A stretch of DNA of 63,726 nucleotides, counting the filler, from Diploschistes diacapsis (taxonomy: Eukaryota), in the NCBI GenBank assembly GCA_023645945.1. It is 25 parts of 25 records of this genome, joined end to end, with 100 filler letters (N's around TTAATTAATTAA, not from the genome) between each part and the next. Parts side by side here need not be neighbours in the genome. Positions count along the whole stretch, not along the records: positions 22,097 to 40,589 come from JALAIB010000412.1; 24 more parts are not named here. One strand, 5' to 3'. The position numbers and the translations under genes are program-made. The notes beneath the pieces were generated by a model. That model searched no databases, had not been told where the DNA came from, and saw only the letters and a list, made by a program, of their open reading frames with translations. Below, one piece after another: positions 26,761 to 39,120 of this stretch; position 1 is the stretch's first letter, and each line of letters starts with the position of its first letter.

Positions 26761-29207
26761 CTAGCCTTGTATGCCACGCTTCTCGCTTTCGGAGAAGAAG
26801 ATGATCATCCGCCATAACTTCTTGACAAGTACTTCTGCCTCTTCGTCCAGAGCCTACCCGACAACGTTAGTAAAGTAAGGTTCAACAGACGGCAAGGACG
26901 GTGGAATACTGACCCCTTCCAACTGCTCCACCAGGTCCTGAGGTTTTCCTCTTGACCGAATATGCTCTTCCACCACCTCGACCAACATCTGCTCTTGCAC
27001 GCCAAGGTACTCGACAATCTTCTTCTCCACGAACGGCCGTAATTGATCGACAAGCACGCTCTCGTCCACAAACTCCCACTTGACGTCCCAGGTCCATAAG
27101 CCATCCTTGTCCGCGGGAATTTCTGCCGCAAGCTGCCTCGCTGCCTGTTGCCTTTCCTCTTCCGTAAGCGCCGACGCCTCTGCTGAACTGTCGAACTTGA
27201 TGGGCACAAGCGTGCGCTTGGACGTAGTGTCCGTTTCCTCTTCGTCCTCCAGCAGGCCTTCGACTTCGGCAACGGTTCGCTTGCTGGTCGCGGCCGCCTG
27301 TTGCGCTCTCTGCGCTGCAGCACCAAGAGACAGCTTGAAGCGCTGTGGCTCACGAGGGGCCGCGGCTCGTGACTCCAGCTCCAGCGCTTGCTGGTTGAGA
27401 AAGCTGTCGGCCATGCCGCGGGCTTGGTTCTGCTGCTGGACCTCTTTGGCGCGTTCGCGTTCCTCTGAGGCACGGTCGAGATCGTCCAGATGGGCTTCAC
27501 GGGTACGATAGGCGGCGCGATTCCGGATCCAGAGACTCCGGTCGGCATAGTATTCCTCTGACCCTCTTTTGGCTTCAATATCGTCATTCCAATCGCGGTA
27601 CCTCTTCGCTGCAGCCTCTTTGGCAGATTCGGTTTTCCCTTCTTCATCTTGATCACGGTTCTTCTCGCGCTCGACCGCTGCGGTTCGGCTCCGTTCACGA
27701 TTGAGCCATCTTCGCTCTTGATCGAGGTAGATCTTTTCCTGTTCCGCTTCCTTCTTTTGTTTCCGCCTGCGCTCTAGTTCCTCATCACTGGCATCAGTGT
27801 CGTCATCCTCTCTGTAGACGTGATCCCCATTCAAGCCGGTGCCATTGACAAATGACACGCTCTTCTGATAGTCCCTGGGCATTTGTGAGCTCTGAAAGCC
27901 CTTAGGGCCTGAGGGAGCCCCAGGAATTATCCGTTCACGAGGGCCAACAGGAATTGCGTTGGCTCCCCCCGGACCGTTTGGTGCGGTCGGGGTGGGCGAT
28001 GCAAGCCGATTCGGTCGAGCTCCGTTTCTCAGCCGCTCTTGAGCTTCAATCTCCTCTTCTCGCTTGAGCCGCTCCAAGTCTCGACGGGTGCTGCGCTCAC
28101 GGAATGCTGCTATCTCCCTAGCTACAGTTTCGCGCATTTCTGCCGGAATTTCTGAGAGCTCATCATCCATCGTCAGTGGGATAGTGACCACTTCGGCATC
28201 TCCGTTTCTCTCTCCATTTTGCATTGCCGTATCGCCTTCAACATCGACTTTGGACATGTCTATTTGCTGGACCGGTGCCGATGGATTTTCAAGTTCTGAA
28301 AGAACCGCAGCAAGCGAACTCCTTGCCGCATTGAGGCGTAGTTGAGCCTGAATTGGATCTTGGTCTTCTCTAGACTGTCTATAATTGTCGAGATAATCCA
28401 GTGTACCATCGTCAACCACAATCTGAACTCCATTAGCCGATTGCGAAGTCAGCTGTGGGAAACACGCACTAGTAGCGAACTTTTCTCTACTTTGTGTGTA
28501 TCCTCATCATCCTTTTTCTCCAATGACTGCGGCTTTACAGGAACTTCGACGTTCTTCAGCACATCTATGGCTGTAGCAAGACTTTCGGGATCTTCGTACT
28601 CTGCAAAGCCGAACCGGCATGGCTTATTTTCTGCATCCATTGCACGTAGCCATCTTTTTAGATTCCCCGCGCTTTGCAGAATCTTTTCCATTCCTTCATC
28701 GCCTCCTGCGCCCTCCGTAATTCCACCAACGAAAATGGTCCGAACCATCTCCTCTTTTGTAGGAGGAACCAAAGGCAGCATGCTTTCCCTCCCTTGACGC
28801 TGGCCTTCCATTCCCGACGCGCCTAAGCCTCCTCGTCCGGGTCTCTGGTAATCGCCTTGGCGTCCAGGCTCTCCACCAGGAGCGCCAGGCTTAGCTGGGC
28901 CGGATGTGCCCAGTCGAATAACTGGAGCTGCAAAGTTGATGTTCGGCATGTTCGCAGGAGGTTGGAAATTGGGAGGGAAGCCACTTCGGCTTTGCTGCTG
29001 ATTGTTCTGTTGCGGCATACCGGGTGGTGCAGCGGTTCCTGGGGCCGACATGCCTGATGGAGCTATTGAACTTGTTAGATCCTAAAACACTGATAGCTTG
29101 CGATTCGAGGACTCACCACCCATTCCTGGAGGCGGGCCTTGGGAGGGTGGAAACCCTTGCCCAAAGCCCGGAGGCCTGCCAAACGGGCTACTAGGAAAGT
29201 TATACAT
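26761..29207 (-). CDS. SNU71: U1 snRNP-associated RRM/PWI protein (Snu71/Usp107/RBM25 family), multi-exon
   Basis: RTIFVGGI..CRFGFAEYED (RRM), an E/R-rich region, and a PWI domain (LRPFVEKKIVEYLGVQEQMLV..ALDEEAEVLVKKLWRMIIF). Stop TAG at 26761-26763. The true start may lie in a further upstream exon. Confidence 0.88.
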
Positions 29208-29495
29208 CGTCAGCACGACTACGAAAATTTTGTTTTGAAGGGATGGTTAGAGAAAGCCAAGTACAGGTTAATCGCGAAGATATTTCGACAATTGAAAAGT
29301 TCCGGTACCTCCGGAGATAGAGCGGCGATTGCGCAGCCTTCGAGGTGAGCCATAGGGCTGAAGGCACGCTTCGAATGATCCCTGTCCGCCTACCGCTGGT
29401 GATGATTTTTCTTAAATCTGAATGAGCTCTCCGACATCATCATTCAAAGCCCGCGGCTACGTTGACACGCGAAGCATTCTACGATTGGGAATAGC

Positions 29496-30362
29496 ATGAA
29501 GCTGCAGCGCGTTGGCAATGCACTTATACGGTCAGATGTCTCTTCACCATTACTAGCTTTCCTCGCACCAGCGGTAGCTAGGTCAACTCTCACCACTCCC
29601 CATCAACGTCTTTCACTCTCAAAAACCTATCCCGGACACATCTCGCCGCGAAGATGCTTCGCCGCTGCCCCTACTCAACAAGCCGCTGCCCCTGGATTCC
29701 GCATAGAAGAGGAAGTCGGCCCCGACGCCCGACCCTCTCAAGCCCGACCCCTAGGCACCACAACCTCCACCACCCATGGCGCCACCCTCTCCGACCGGGC
29801 GCAGCCTCAGCGTCCCACCCCATCCCAATTAACCACCTCCTCATCAGCCCACATACAGGACATGCTCAACGACATGCGTCTGCCGCGTTCCCCAAGCGCA
29901 AGGCGCACCGCCCCCCGTAGCATCCCATCCTCCTCTTCCGCCCTCATGGACGAAGCCTTGCGCAAATTTTACTACTCCCCCACCGCTACAGGCCAGCGCC
30001 AAGACACCCTCACCCGGGCCGGCTCCTCCAATGCCGACTTGATGAAGGACATTCAGGGCATCGGCAAATCCCAAGGCAGCAGCATCGGCGCCGCGCCGCC
30101 CGCCATGCGGCTAGACGCGTACATGGGCCGCGCGGAGGAGGTGAACAACAAGGCGGGGCGGCCGCTGATACGTGCGCTGGCGCTGCTGGACATCAATTGC
30201 CGCGCGAACAAGGTGCGACAGACGATGAACTATCAGCGGTTCCACGAGAGGAAGGGGTTGAAGAGGAAGAGACTGAAGTCGCAGCGGTGGAGGAGGAGGT
30301 TTATGGAGGGGTTTAAGGAGATGGTGCAGAAGGTGGGGAGGATGAGGAAGCAGGGTTGGTGA
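29496..30362 (+). CDS. MRP21: Mitochondrial small-subunit ribosomal protein bS21m
   Basis: Basic presequence-like N-terminus and C-terminal S21 domain NKVRQTMNYQRFHERKGLKRKRLKSQRWRRRF..MRKQGW. Confidence 0.88.
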   Translation: MKLQRVGNALIRSDVSSPLLAFLAPAVARSTLTTPHQRLSLSKTYPGHISPRRCFAAAPTQQAAAPGFRIEEEVGPDARPSQARPLGTTTSTTHGATLSDRAQPQRPTPSQLTTSSSAHIQDMLNDMRLPRSPSARRTAPRSIPSSSSALMDEALRKFYYSPTATGQRQDTLTRAGSSNADLMKDIQGIGKSQGSSIGAAPPAMRLDAYMGRAEEVNNKAGRPLIRALALLDINCRANKVRQTMNYQRFHERKGLKRKRLKSQRWRRRFMEGFKEMVQKVGRMRKQGW

Positions 30363-30688
30363 GGAGGGAGGGGTGGAGATTTAAGGGGATCGGAGAGGGC
30401 GGAGGGGGCAGGATGTGGAGCGAGGATGCAATATACGGTCGCTTTGGGTGTCGCTAGAGGAGTGGATTTGCATGTAGAATAAGATGCATCATAGAGCGGG
30501 TGATAGACTGTAATCTGCACACCAACGTTGCTCTACACTTTACGTTGAATGAGAGGAGCCAAATCCTTGCAAAAGAGATGGAGATTGGCTTGGAAAGGTA
30601 GCCGTCTTTGCACTCATTGGAGGCTTCACTGCTGGAACTGATTCCATAGGCCTATCCGCAGGTCCATCCCCACAGCCTCTCACAACAC

Positions 30689-33292
30689 TCAACCCCCAAA
30701 GAAGCACAGGCCACACCTAACCAGCCTCACGACCGCGCAAGTCCAAGCAAACGCCAGGCTCCCCGCCCTCAGGACAACGATACCAAGATAAACCAGGAGC
30801 GCAAAGTACAGCACAGCCAGCATAAAGTCGGACAGCGCATTCCTCTCTTCGATCACCATCCCTTTCCCACTCACCACCTTAACCCTTCTCGTAGCATCCT
30901 TGGCGCTAGATTCCGGCTCAAGCATATAAGAAACATGCCTCACCATCTCCCCCACCGCCTTGGCCACGCCCAACACTCCCCACTCCATCCAATGCATCCA
31001 CTCCACCCGCCTTCTCTCCGCCCATCTCCCACTACTACTGCCACTCTCCTCCAACCCCCATCTTACTCCACTCCTCTTCCCCATACCCTTAGCCAACAAC
31101 TCCCCACCCCTATCCCTGTTTCTACCACCAAGATCCCTTCCCAACCCTCCTCCTTCTCCCCCTCCAGCTCTCCTTCCCGCTCCATTCTCCCCATCCAACC
31201 ATCCTGCTCCTCCCTTTCCCTTGTCGCCGCCGGACCACGAGGACGGGCGCATCTCGACCCAGCCCGTGTAAAGCTCGCTCGAGACCCGGCCAGGATCGGT
31301 AGCGCCGAGGACGCCGCCGCTCGCGAGGCGATGGGAGGTAATTGCTTTCTGGGCTGCGTGGGCGGTGGGTTTGGTGCGGAGGGTTGGGGGCCTGGTGCGC
31401 GGTGGGCTGGGGGTTGCTGCTGGGCCGTGGACTGGTACGGAGCTTAGAGGATGCGGGCAAGGGGTTCCTGTGTGCAGTTGGGGTGCGGTCTGGTGCGAAG
31501 GGAGGGGGCCGTCTGGTGGAGCTCTGAGGCTGGAGAGGCGCTGCTGGTAGATTGGAGGTATGAAGCGAGGGCTCTCTGACGGAAGTCGGGTTGGAGATGG
31601 AGGCTGCGGCGGGATTGGGTATTGCGGTCGAAGATTGCCTAAGGGAGGATGAGGTGGGGTCGGCGTGAGCTGATTGGCGGTATGCTGGTTCACGGGGATG
31701 TTTTGAGGACACTGCGGCTGGACAGCGAGGTGCGTTTGTACTGGATGCGGTACTGATCGAGGGTGGGACTGAGTCGGCGAAGGAGGAACGGAGTGGTTGT
31801 GGACGATGCTCTTGCTCGGAGAGACGTATCTTGGAGCTGGGTTGGGTAGCGTAACAGTGACGCATGCTCTCAGTTGCTTCACCCGAGGCACGCAATCCGC
31901 GGCTGGGTAACGAATTGCCTCTGGGCCGAACTGTCCGCGCCGTTGGCTGCGAGGGACTTTCAGGTCGGGCAAGGTAGTGGTAGTGGTGATGGTGGTGGGT
32001 ACATCCTGAGCAGTGGAAAACCTTGGCATTTTGTGACTCCCATCTTGCGGGTTCAGTGCTGGGAAAGTACATCTTGTGGTTGGCGCTTCTTTGCAGGCCT
32101 GATGATTGTCGAGAGCCGATGTAGTTGCTGTTGACCAGCGAGTCTCTTCCTCGTGGTGGGTCTCCACTGAATTGAACCTCACCTGTTTCGGAGGTGATTG
32201 GCTTGGATTGGGGAACGCTGGGGTGGGATTGCGAAGCACGCTGCGGACTCCATAGGCGCGATTGCTGCTTACTTGCCTCGGTGTTGTTGGAGCGGTCATG
32301 TTCTGTGGTGCCCATTGAGGATCGTAAGATGCCACGGAGGGGCCGGTGCTTCTCTCGCTGTTCTGGAGATTTGGGTTCAGTTTGCCCAGCTGAAGCTTGG
32401 CTTGTATACCCGGCAGGTTCCTGGGGTTTCTCGCTTGCTTGTGCTGGCCTAAAAAAGGACTCTGGTCTCTCTTATTTTGTCCAGACGAAGGCACAGAACG
32501 AGGTGGAGAGTGCTTCGGCGTGACAATGTTAACATGCCCTTCCCGCATTAGTCTTCCAAGAGCTGGTCGAGAACTGCCAGGCTTTCCCCCATTTATAACG
32601 ACTGTTCCTGTGGAATCGTTTCTCCTTTCCGGTTCTTGTGCAATAGGCTTTCTCCTAATCTTGAACAATGACGGTCGGGGTGAACTTGGACCATCTGAAG
32701 TAGAATCCCTAGGTTTCGGTGGATCGAGTGGATCTACCAGACCGTTACCAGGCCCGCATGATCTTAATCCTCTTTGGTATTCTGCGTGGTAGCGTCGAAA
32801 GAGCTCCGCATCGCCTCGGCTCTGGTGCAGCGGCTTCGGCACAGAAAGGGGTTCCTCTACGTTGTATGTTGGTTCACTGGTTGGAATAGCGTCCACAAGC
32901 GACCACCCACTACTGTCCTGCTTCCATTTGCCTTGAGCTGACGTCGGACCTTGCTCGGATTTAGACTCAATATAGTCCTGGTTGCTGTCTAAACTCGCCG
33001 TAGCCCTTGGACTTATAACGCCAGTCCTAGGGTTTGCACCACGAGCTATCAATGTGTCATCTCTGCCAACTGTTCGCACCATGTCATGCGGTAGGCCTTT
33101 CTTCCCTGGTGGCGCTAGTTCATAGGGATTTTTAGGGCTGGGCGACAGCCAATGTGCCTTGTGTCGTGATCCTCCTGCTATAAAGCTACCAAGGGATGAA
33201 GATCGAAAATGGTCACGGCGTTTCTGACGTTGACTTTCGGAGCTGATCTTGCCCGGTCGAACCGAGGTAGACGATGTTGGGGGGGATGACAT
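30689..33292 (-). CDS. Hypothetical protein (~870 aa), disordered and Pro-rich, with a C-terminal hydrophobic helix
   Basis: Single long ORF, DDTLIARGANPRTGVISP motif near the N-terminus, TM-like FMLAVLYFALLVYLGIVVL. Confidence 0.75.
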   Translation of the reverse strand: MSSPPTSSTSVRPGKISSESQRQKRRDHFRSSSLGSFIAGGSRHKAHWLSPSPKNPYELAPPGKKGLPHDMVRTVGRDDTLIARGANPRTGVISPRATASLDSNQDYIESKSEQGPTSAQGKWKQDSSGWSLVDAIPTSEPTYNVEEPLSVPKPLHQSRGDAELFRRYHAEYQRGLRSCGPGNGLVDPLDPPKPRDSTSDGPSSPRPSLFKIRRKPIAQEPERRNDSTGTVVINGGKPGSSRPALGRLMREGHVNIVTPKHSPPRSVPSSGQNKRDQSPFLGQHKQARNPRNLPGIQAKLQLGKLNPNLQNSERSTGPSVASYDPQWAPQNMTAPTTPRQVSSNRAYGVRSVLRNPTPAFPNPSQSPPKQVRFNSVETHHEEETRWSTATTSALDNHQACKEAPTTRCTFPALNPQDGSHKMPRFSTAQDVPTTITTTTTLPDLKVPRSQRRGQFGPEAIRYPAADCVPRVKQLRACVTVTLPNPAPRYVSPSKSIVHNHSVPPSPTQSHPRSVPHPVQTHLAVQPQCPQNIPVNQHTANQLTPTPPHPPLGNLRPQYPIPPQPPSPTRLPSESPRFIPPIYQQRLSSLRAPPDGPLPSHQTAPQLHTGTPCPHPLSSVPVHGPAATPSPPRTRPPTLRTKPTAHAAQKAITSHRLASGGVLGATDPGRVSSELYTGWVEMRPSSWSGGDKGKGGAGWLDGENGAGRRAGGGEGGGLGRDLGGRNRDRGGELLAKGMGKRSGVRWGLEESGSSSGRWAERRRVEWMHWMEWGVLGVAKAVGEMVRHVSYMLEPESSAKDATRRVKVVSGKGMVIEERNALSDFMLAVLYFALLVYLGIVVLRAGSLAFAWTCAVVRLVRCGLCFFGG

Positions 33293-33507
33293 AGTAAATA
33301 CAGTTGACACGACAACAGCTGGAATGCAATCTATAAGCAATACCTGGCAATGTTGATAGGATTAACATGAACGATTGTCAACGAAGAATCTTCGATACGG
33401 GATCTGCAGAAAGATATTCGAGCGTTTAGAATAAAAGTAAAAACCTGAGCTCTGCACGCAAGGCAGGAGCATCCAAGCAGATGCCTTACCCGGTAGTATA
33501 CAATATA

Positions 33508-34810
33508 TTAAAACCTGCCACTTTCCCTTCTTGGGTTATTCTGCAAATGGCTCAACCTCTGGTTAGCTAGAAAATTCTGCGAAGCAGCCTTCTTGAGAGG
33601 AGAGTGGGCATGAGAGTAAATTCCAAGACTTCCACCATCGCCTGTCCCTGGTCCAACATTACTTCTGATCTGTGGTTGTCGCATTGCAGATCTTTGTTGT
33701 AGGGGCGAAGAGATATCTCGTACCGGCGCTGGAGCATGGAAAACCGGTGTTGTTGCCTGGGCCATGTTCCAGGACGGTATTCGAGTAGGTGTCTCCCTGA
33801 CCATCTGTCCATCCGGATCAACGTGCTTCACATAGTTTGGGTTAGGGTTAGTGCGAAATCCTCTCTTCACGATGGTCATGGGCCTGAACAAGTCTACTTC
33901 ATTCGAATCTTTGAACTGCTTGTCATGACCTCCTGCTTGCACACCAACGTCCCTCATTACCGGCTGAGTCTGTGGATGCACGTATTTGATGTCGTACTCA
34001 TTAAGCACTTCCTTGTGGATGAGGGAAGTGTCCTTTGACTGCTGGGAGAAGCTCGATTGGAGCATGAAAAGCTGTGCGGAGAGTAGGCAAGCGAGCGCAA
34101 CTGTTGTGGCAACAGTTGTACTTGGTCTAACGTCTTGCGGGGCCGTCGGCAGAAAAAGCCAGTAGACGAAGATATGGCCAGGGCTGAAGCTCCAGAACAA
34201 GTTCAGGCACAAAGGCAGCGGATCCCACACCGAGAGCTCCCAAACGTCCTGTTGCGGATTTGGGTGAGCTCGCGACTCTGCGGTGTTGCTTGCTATTATA
34301 TTGGATAGAAATCGCAGAGGCGATGACGATACAGGAGACGAGTCAACTCGCACTCGGTGGGCTGATGGAGTGCTCGGTGGTGCATCAATCGATGCCTCGA
34401 ACAGTCGGTAGTGGCGTTTCCGATAGAAGGTATAGAAAGCGTTTGTGAAGGAGAACAGAGAGAGAAGATGTACAATAAACGTAGCCTAGATCATGTACCC
34501 TCTCAGAACATGCCGTCAGGGAAGGGCACAGAAGTCCACTTACAAGCCATGTCAAAAAGCTACTGCTCGAATAGTCATCTGAGAAGACGTCGTCGTAGTC
34601 GCTACTTCTCCCACTACTATTGGCTCTAGCGATCAGCATCACCAGATTTATGCCGATGCCGATGGTTGTTCCCCAATCTCTTTGCCATTGTTCCCAGTCA
34701 CTAGTCTCCAGCTCTTCTGAAAGCCAAAGCAGAAAGTCCCAGGGATTTAGGTGCGCCTTGATGCGCTCCGATAGGGGTTGCCTTCTGACGAGCCGGCGAG
34801 AAGGCGCCAT
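33508..34810 (-). CDS. Nuclear rim protein Nur1/Mug154-like (DUF2418), 1 intron near 34486-34543
   Basis: RRLVRRQPLSERIKAHLNPWDFLLWLSEEL, VWELSVWDPLPLCLNLF..FSPGH, IHKEVLNEYDIKYVHP. Confidence 0.8.
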
Positions 34811-35334
34811 CGTGACAAGGTTGAAGCCAATCGCAGAAGCAAAGCCCAGAGCAGACGATGAGCTCAATGGGGCTGGTCTAAGATCTGTAAAGATATGGCA
34901 TGTCTTGAAATGTTGTGAAAGCCCCGAAAGGCTTCTGTAAGCACGGACTAGGCTTTGAACGATTGAACAATCGCTTTGTGCGCTGCTTGCAGGTGGTTGT
35001 TGACGATTTTGTTTACTTTGCTGCTCGGAGCGTTCCAATTGGTCGGGAGACCTCATCTTTACCTCCGTTAGCCGCGGCTCCTCCCCAATATCCAACCTAC
35101 TACTTACTCAATTGAATTGGAATTATACATTTGTAGACTTTAATCATATATCACGAAGCCTCGGCCATTTATACAGAAAGTCTAAGTAGAAGCAGCTTCC
35201 AACCTGGATAAGCTTGACTACTAGACCACCCAAAACACTGATCAGCTACCAACGGCCCACCAAGTTCCTCACATCTTGTCCAGCGACGGGCACTTCTCGC
35301 TGCGGTGCCTTTCCGATCAGCAATTTCCCTTGCG

Positions 35335-36205
35335 ATGTCCGAGATGCCCCTATCTCCTCCAAGCACGGCCGCCAACGCCCCATCACAAGAACCCATCGAC
35401 TACTCAGCTCTCAAAAAATACACAGCCTGCGACATCTCCGATGCCCTCCTTAACCTGCCACACCCAACCCATAACAGAGCCCAGCACCACCTCGCCGGCT
35501 TCCTCTGCGACATCGTGCCACGGAACCCTACCCCTCCCGGCCCGGGCGCGACCGTCTTCGTCGGCCCCTCTTTCACAGTGCAATTCCAGCCCCAGCGCAT
35601 GCCGGGACACGAAGGCTACACTCGACCCGAGCCCGGCGCGTCGAAGATGCCACCGGGCGCGATCTGGTCCGATCTTGCGGAACGGGACTCGATCGTCGTG
35701 GTGCAACAGCCGGAGGGCCAGCGGAGTGCGGTTGTGGGCGGAATCCACATGCAGAATCTGCGCAGGCTGGGTGTGCGGGCGCTTGTTGTTGACGGGAGAA
35801 TTAGGGACCGGAGGGAGATTGCTGGGTTGGACATGCCTGTAGGTTCTGAAAGGTTTCCCTTGTTTTGGCGTATTTTTCTCGCGATTTTTTTTTTTTTTGG
35901 ATTCGTTGGTCAAATAGCCTGTGATCTGAGATGACTAGGTTTGCTCCAAGGGGACTTCGGTCGTGGCGGCGAAGGCGGAGAGCGTGCCGTGTGCGGTGCA
36001 AGTGCCCGTTGTGGCGGCTGGCGTGTACATCGAGCCTGGGGATGTCGTGATGGTGGATCTGGAGGAAGGGGTAGTGAGTATTCCTAGGGCCATGGTTGCC
36101 GGTGTGCTTCGCTGGCTGGAGGCGCGGGGAGATGGTGAGGAAAGGGCCATGGATGCTGTGAAGTCGGGAAGCACTGTAAAGGATGCTTTCAAAGCGTTCC
36201 GATGA
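35335..36205 (+). CDS. RraA-like / HMG aldolase family protein, 2 exons (35335-35838, 35939-36205)
   Basis: YTACDISDAL, AVVGGI, GVRALVVDGRIRD, IEPGDVVMVD..GVVSIP. Confidence 0.88.
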
Positions 36206-36435
36206 TGCGTCAGCATCTGAAGGCTCCGCTCATGCTTACAGCCATGGACACTCGTGTTCGATTAATGTAAGTTATTATGGAGTGCTCTGGGATGTCTCGA
36301 TGAGTTTTCGACTACATCTGCATATGAGAATACTTTCGAAATTATCAAGTTTGATTGATTGTATGGTGATGAAAATGTGAAGTTCTCATTCCTTCCATAC
36401 CCAAGAGCTAAAATGCATCGGTCCTTGAGAATAAA

Positions 36436-38486
36436 TCATGTAAACCCAGTAACGCTAAAGACGGAAAATCCCCTGGGCGGTGCATCATTCGCCGGCCGAA
36501 GTTTGCCTGTCGGCGTGATGGCTAAATACATGCCATGAGAGGTCTGCACGCTATATCCCTGGCCACCACCAAGGTACCTTATCGTAAAATTTTCTCGTGG
36601 GCGCCTGTCCTTGGTAAACCTAAGATCTGAAGTCAGGTATGACCCGTCAACAGCACTCGATATCTGAAATTGCGTTCCTCCGGGTTGTAGCTGGTGGATG
36701 ACGAACAACTGCGAGCGCTGATCATGCTGCGGTACAGTCTGGCCAGCACCCAGGGCTCCGGTGCCGTTTGAATATTTGGTGGTGTTGCTGCCACCGTTTT
36801 GCAGCGCAAAGCCGTTCGACTCGAACGCAAGGTAGCGTCCCTCTGTCAGGGCGCCACGTACAGACTTGAAGCCCTTCTCGCTCAGGCTGCTCATCCTTTG
36901 GGTACTATTTTGAGTGCTGTTTTGTTGGCCAAATGGCACCGGGGGCTGCTGGACGCTGTATAAGCTCCAGCAGTTTGCGACGCCATCCCAGTTTCCGCTC
37001 GAATCAGTATGCGGGGCTGGTGCTGTTGGTATCTCGGGTACGCTGAAGTCGGGGTTGGAAAAATCGAAAGCGTTGACTAGGTTGCTCATATGTGAGCGGC
37101 GCCAGGGGGTCATGGCCTCGGCCAGGACGTCGGGGTGGCCCTTTGCTGCAAGCCACTCTTCGAGGAAGAGGAGTTGGGAGTTGTGGTCGGCGTGCTCTGT
37201 GAAGACGCTGCCTCCGCGGGTGAATGGGGAGACGATATAGAACGGTAGTCGATAGCCAGGGCCTGTGGGTACTTCTCCAAGACCATATGGATCGGTGACC
37301 CATTCGACTGGAGTGCCTTCGGGTGATGTATAAGGCGTAACATGATCTGCCCATCCTCCAGTTTCTAAAAGCAGATTAGTCATTCCAGTCAGGATAGTAG
37401 ACGAAAAAGGAAGATACGTACCATCCCAAGATACTATCAGGGCAGATCTGTTGTATAACGGGGATGAAGTCATGGCATTTACGATTTGCTGCTGAAGCCA
37501 AGCGCCATCGTTTGGCAGAAAGGGTGGATGCTCGCTGAGCTCCTCGGGTCCAATGATCCACGAGATCATCGGAAGTGACCCGTTTTTTGCTGCAGCGTAG
37601 AAAGCGTCGAGGCCAGGGTAGCCTAAACCTCTATAGGCGAGTGAACTGTTTACCGGCAGATTTTGCCAGTACGAGAACCAAGCAAGCGGGTCGTCACCGA
37701 AATTATCCTCGTCCTGCCACATTTCCCATGATACTGAAGCTTTCTGGACGGATTCCGGGTAGGTCGTCCAGTTCAGTGGGTAGCAGTTAACACCAGGCAT
37801 CTCGCACCCTATATCACTCCATCAGTATCTCGGCATAACGGCGAATTCCGGCCAACTCACCTGGAGTACCATTATTGTCTATGTAGATAGTGTCTCCTTC
37901 GGTAATGGTGCCAGAGATCCATGTAACTCGATTAGGACACGTTGCTGCAATGACACTTTCGGTATACATGTCCGCAACCGTCCAGCCATCTGCGAGGGCG
38001 TAATGAACTGGTATGTCTTGACGCTGAAAGTAGCCGAGACTCCAGGGGGTGTTGTTGACAGCCCAGTGGTTGTTTAAACCGCCATTGAAAGCCTCGTGGT
38101 TTGCTTGCCAGCTATTTGAGCCGGCGACCATGCACTGAGTTGCATCGACCCAATCCCCGCCAAGGTAATTAAGATACCATGGCTCTAGGTAAGGGGCGGA
38201 TGTGTTGAGGCTGCTGTCGACGTACTGCTGCCACACGGGTACTCCATCATTGACTTGTATATTGGGATCAGAGAAGCCACGAACGCTGAAATGCTCCTTA
38301 GTACTCGCGCTGCATGCCTTTGAAACGATATACTGACCCTGCTAAAGTACCATAGTAATGATCGAAAGCACGATTTTCTTGCATGAAAAGGACGACATGG
38401 TCGATATCAGCAAGAGAATACGCATCTACCACAGCGTTAATGGCAAGTAGAACGACAGTAGTAACACTGGAAACCAAGTACCCCAT
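36436..38486 (-). CDS. Secreted non-hemolytic phospholipase C (phosphoesterase family), 3 introns
   Basis: Signal peptide, [76 protein letters not shown]. Confidence 0.92.
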
Positions 38487-39120
38487 TATGACTATTGTGA
38501 CTGCTTATACCAGAGGAACCTGCCCAACAGACAAAGAAAGGAAACCCCATGCTTTAAGGACTCGAAGACGCAAGCGCATGGTGAGGAGTTTCCGTTTCCT
38601 GCAAGAACTCGTCCAGCTGAGCAGGTCGCCTTGCGAGTCCGAAGACACTACATGTAGCAAAGCGGAGATGGCAGTTCAGCGCTCAGTGAAGTCAAAATCT
38701 AGCTCGAAGATCAACAGGGAGCCTGTCGACTTGGCCACCAATCCACGCCGGCAGATCGTCCTCGTGGAGTTACCGGAGGCCATACCGTCATGGCTTTTCA
38801 AAGAACTCACGATGGACAAAGTCCCGAGAAGTGGGGTCGAGATCCTCTCCCTAACACTAATTGAAGGGTAAACGAAGGGGAGCGCCTAGTAACGCCAGGG
38901 ATAAAGTGGGATGAGAAGCACCGCTATGCAGATTGAGGTTGATAGCTTCCTATCAGGGAAGGACGGCCGCGCATCCAAGTCGATGCAGGGTATCTTGATG
39001 TTCCCATGATTGCAATGAGAGATCCAACGCTATGGAGGACGTGCAAGAAGCTTGTTTGCGTTCTTTTCCAGGGTCAGCCATGCATCTCACTTCTTTCCTG
39101 ATCTTAGATCATGCCACACA

